In this document: positions 62,234 to 64,000 of the stretch, one piece after another
How the letters are laid out: every line of letters starts with the position of its first letter
Numbering within the stretch: the first letter of the stretch is position 1
NCBI GenBank assembly: GCA_023231475.1
Contig: JALJEE010002697.1
Span: 1 to 64,000 of the forward strand
Reading direction: 5' to 3'
DNA: 64,000 nucleotides
Origin: Seison nebaliae
Lineage: Eukaryota
Notes under the pieces: model-generated
Database searches by the model: none
What the model was told of the DNA's origin: nothing
Seen by the model: the letters and a program-made list of their open reading frames with translations, nothing else
Made by a program: the position numbers and the translations under genes

Positions 62234-64000
62234 ATGATTTCTTTAAAGGCTTTCATCAACAAATGGTCTCCATATTATGCGAGACGATATTACAACATTC
62301 GTTCGGTAATTGAAGGTAATCCGAAAGAGACCACCATCTTCAATCAGAAAGATTTATTGAAAAAAGAAAATAATTTAATTGACGAAATGAAAATGAAAAC
62401 GAATTCGAAAGATTTAGTCCATTTATTATCGGGGAAACGTGACCATTTCTCTATGGTATCCTCGAAGGTTTCTTCGATCAATCTAGCTGTGTCTGTTTTC
62501 AATAATTTCTTACGTGTTTATGAAAATGACAATTTGATGACATTAGAAGATTTCCATTCAGATCCAATGTTTGAGACGTTGAAGAATTGTGATAAGATAA
62601 TCAGGAAAGATTATGGCAGTTTAAATCATTTCGAATTAATCACTTATTTCCAGACATTAATCAAACTGAATGTCAATTTTGGAATGAAATCGAAAGAAAT
62701 TGATCGTTTACTTCTCTTCATTTCCAGGAATGTTCCATCGTTCACTATCGATGAAACAATAATTTTATTTCGATTCATTCAATTGAGAACGTTCAATAAT
62801 TCAATTAATCTTCAAATGGAGAAGAATGAGCAAATTCCGTTGCAGAAAAAGATCAGTTCTTTACGACGGTCATTCATCGATAATTTCCTAAAGAAAATTG
62901 ATCAAATTGAAAATTTCGATCAGATAATCCAAATTCAAATGTTCGCTCCAAACGTCAATATACTTTACGAAAAATTAGATGAGAAATTAATGGGAATTAT
63001 TCAAGAAGGAAATTTGAAAACTGAAAATTATCTGGTTTTATTGACGATGAAAAGTTTCTTACGGAAACGTAATATTCATTTATTGAGATCTATAATTAAT
63101 CGTTTGAACGGATTGATAGAAAGAGAACATTTGACATTGTATGAGAATGCTCTTCTTGTGAATAGTTTAAGTTCACTTCACTTGAATGAAGCAATGGAAT
63201 TATTGAAATATGTACCTAGTACAATTTCTTTGAATAAAATAGAAATTAATGAACATTTTACAATTACTCTCCAAAATGAACGAGATAATTCTATAAAAAA
63301 TCGTCTGGAAGAAATGGGAATAAATAATAATCCGAATATATTCTCTATTATCAAATCATTCGGATATCTCCGTTTCACGTCAACAATTCTTCTTCGAAAA
63401 TATTTGAAATTTCTTAATAAAACTTTGAAAAATGTGAAAGTTGAAGAAAAGAAATATCTCGATTGGTACCGCACCATAACCTTGACCATGACGAAATTTT
63501 CCTTGAAAAGTTTCGATGAAAATATTTGGGAGAATTTCGGAAATTTCCAAAAGAAAATTTTAGATCGTTGTTTGAAAATCGATATGGATGAAGTGGAAGA
63601 ATTGGGGGATTTGTTACAATTAATCGATATTTGTTGGGCGATGAATGTTCTCTCATATACGTCCAAAAATAAGAAGATCGATTCAATTGTGAAACAAATA
63701 ACGGAAGAAAATGTTCTGTCACAATTGGCTACTAAATTGACTGAAGATTATCATAGTCATCTTCCTCATTTTATTAAATTACTGCAAATGATTTCTCTTC
63801 GATCTAATTCCCAAGAAGAAGATAGTCTGTTTGCTAAACGATTTAGTGAAATGTTAATCGAATCACCAACATTGAAGAATGCAATCGTTCAATTATTTAC
63901 TGGACACGAAACTGGAAAATATCAAAATCCTTCAAAGTTCACCAAGGAACATATGGGCGATATATCTCAAAAATTGGCGACAGGAAGAAGATTGGGACAA
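62234..64000 (+). CDS. FASTK-family mitochondrial RNA-binding protein, TBRG4/FASTKD4-like; partial, open to the window end
   Basis: Not in the ORF track because it has no stop. I translated it from the ATG at 62234 to 64000 without a stop. Basic presequence-like start (MISLKAFINKWSPYYARRYYNIRS). Motifs DPMFETL, RKRNIHLLRSI, IIKSFGYLRF, LIDICWAMNVL and FIKLLQM recall TBRG4 (RRSVPLLRAI, KSFALLKW, LDLVWALCVL, QKLLHI). Confidence 0.65.
   Translation, partial: MISLKAFINKWSPYYARRYYNIRSVIEGNPKETTIFNQKDLLKKENNLIDEMKMKTNSKDLVHLLSGKRDHFSMVSSKVSSINLAVSVFNNFLRVYENDNLMTLEDFHSDPMFETLKNCDKIIRKDYGSLNHFELITYFQTLIKLNVNFGMKSKEIDRLLLFISRNVPSFTIDETIILFRFIQLRTFNNSINLQMEKNEQIPLQKKISSLRRSFIDNFLKKIDQIENFDQIIQIQMFAPNVNILYEKLDEKLMGIIQEGNLKTENYLVLLTMKSFLRKRNIHLLRSIINRLNGLIEREHLTLYENALLVNSLSSLHLNEAMELLKYVPSTISLNKIEINEHFTITLQNERDNSIKNRLEEMGINNNPNIFSIIKSFGYLRFTSTILLRKYLKFLNKTLKNVKVEEKKYLDWYRTITLTMTKFSLKSFDENIWENFGNFQKKILDRCLKIDMDEVEELGDLLQLIDICWAMNVLSYTSKNKKIDSIVKQITEENVLSQLATKLTEDYHSHLPHFIKLLQMISLRSNSQEEDSLFAKRFSEMLIESPTLKNAIVQLFTGHETGKYQNPSKFTKEHMGDISQKLATGRRLGQ

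Overview
AT-rich, gene-dense eukaryotic DNA from an animal. The gene set (Kismet/CHD7, Rab39, a BAF paralog, a fibrinogen-domain protein, ZFYVE19) supports this. A compact invertebrate such as a gnathiferan/rotifer relative is my unverified guess. From left to right: the end of a repeat-containing transposon terminus (1-210), a 7-exon CLASP gene lacking TOG1 (-), two giant single-ORF orphan low-complexity proteins (-), C18orf32/UPF0729 and ARL2BP (-), 6-phosphogluconate dehydrogenase (+), a 15.5-kb uninterrupted CHD7/Kismet ORF (-), Rab39 (+), a divergent BAF-like gene with a Cys-rich N-terminal extension (+), SMG5 (-), a TE-derived patch (decayed APE/RT LINE fragment plus a candidate mini-Helitron), a secreted fibrinogen-related protein (+), ZFYVE19/ANCHR (+) and a FASTK-family (TBRG4-like) ORF running off the window. 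The most striking signal comes from the 19 introns I rebuilt by hand from reading-frame continuity and remembered homology. Most are 44-58 nt and their 5' splice sites read A|GTT rather than AG|GTRAG: 18/19 have T at +3, 14/19 have A at -1, and only 1/19 has G at +5. Several start codons also lie just downstream of acceptor-like sites, which could reflect spliced-leader trans-splicing. All homology calls come from remembered motifs; no database searches were run.
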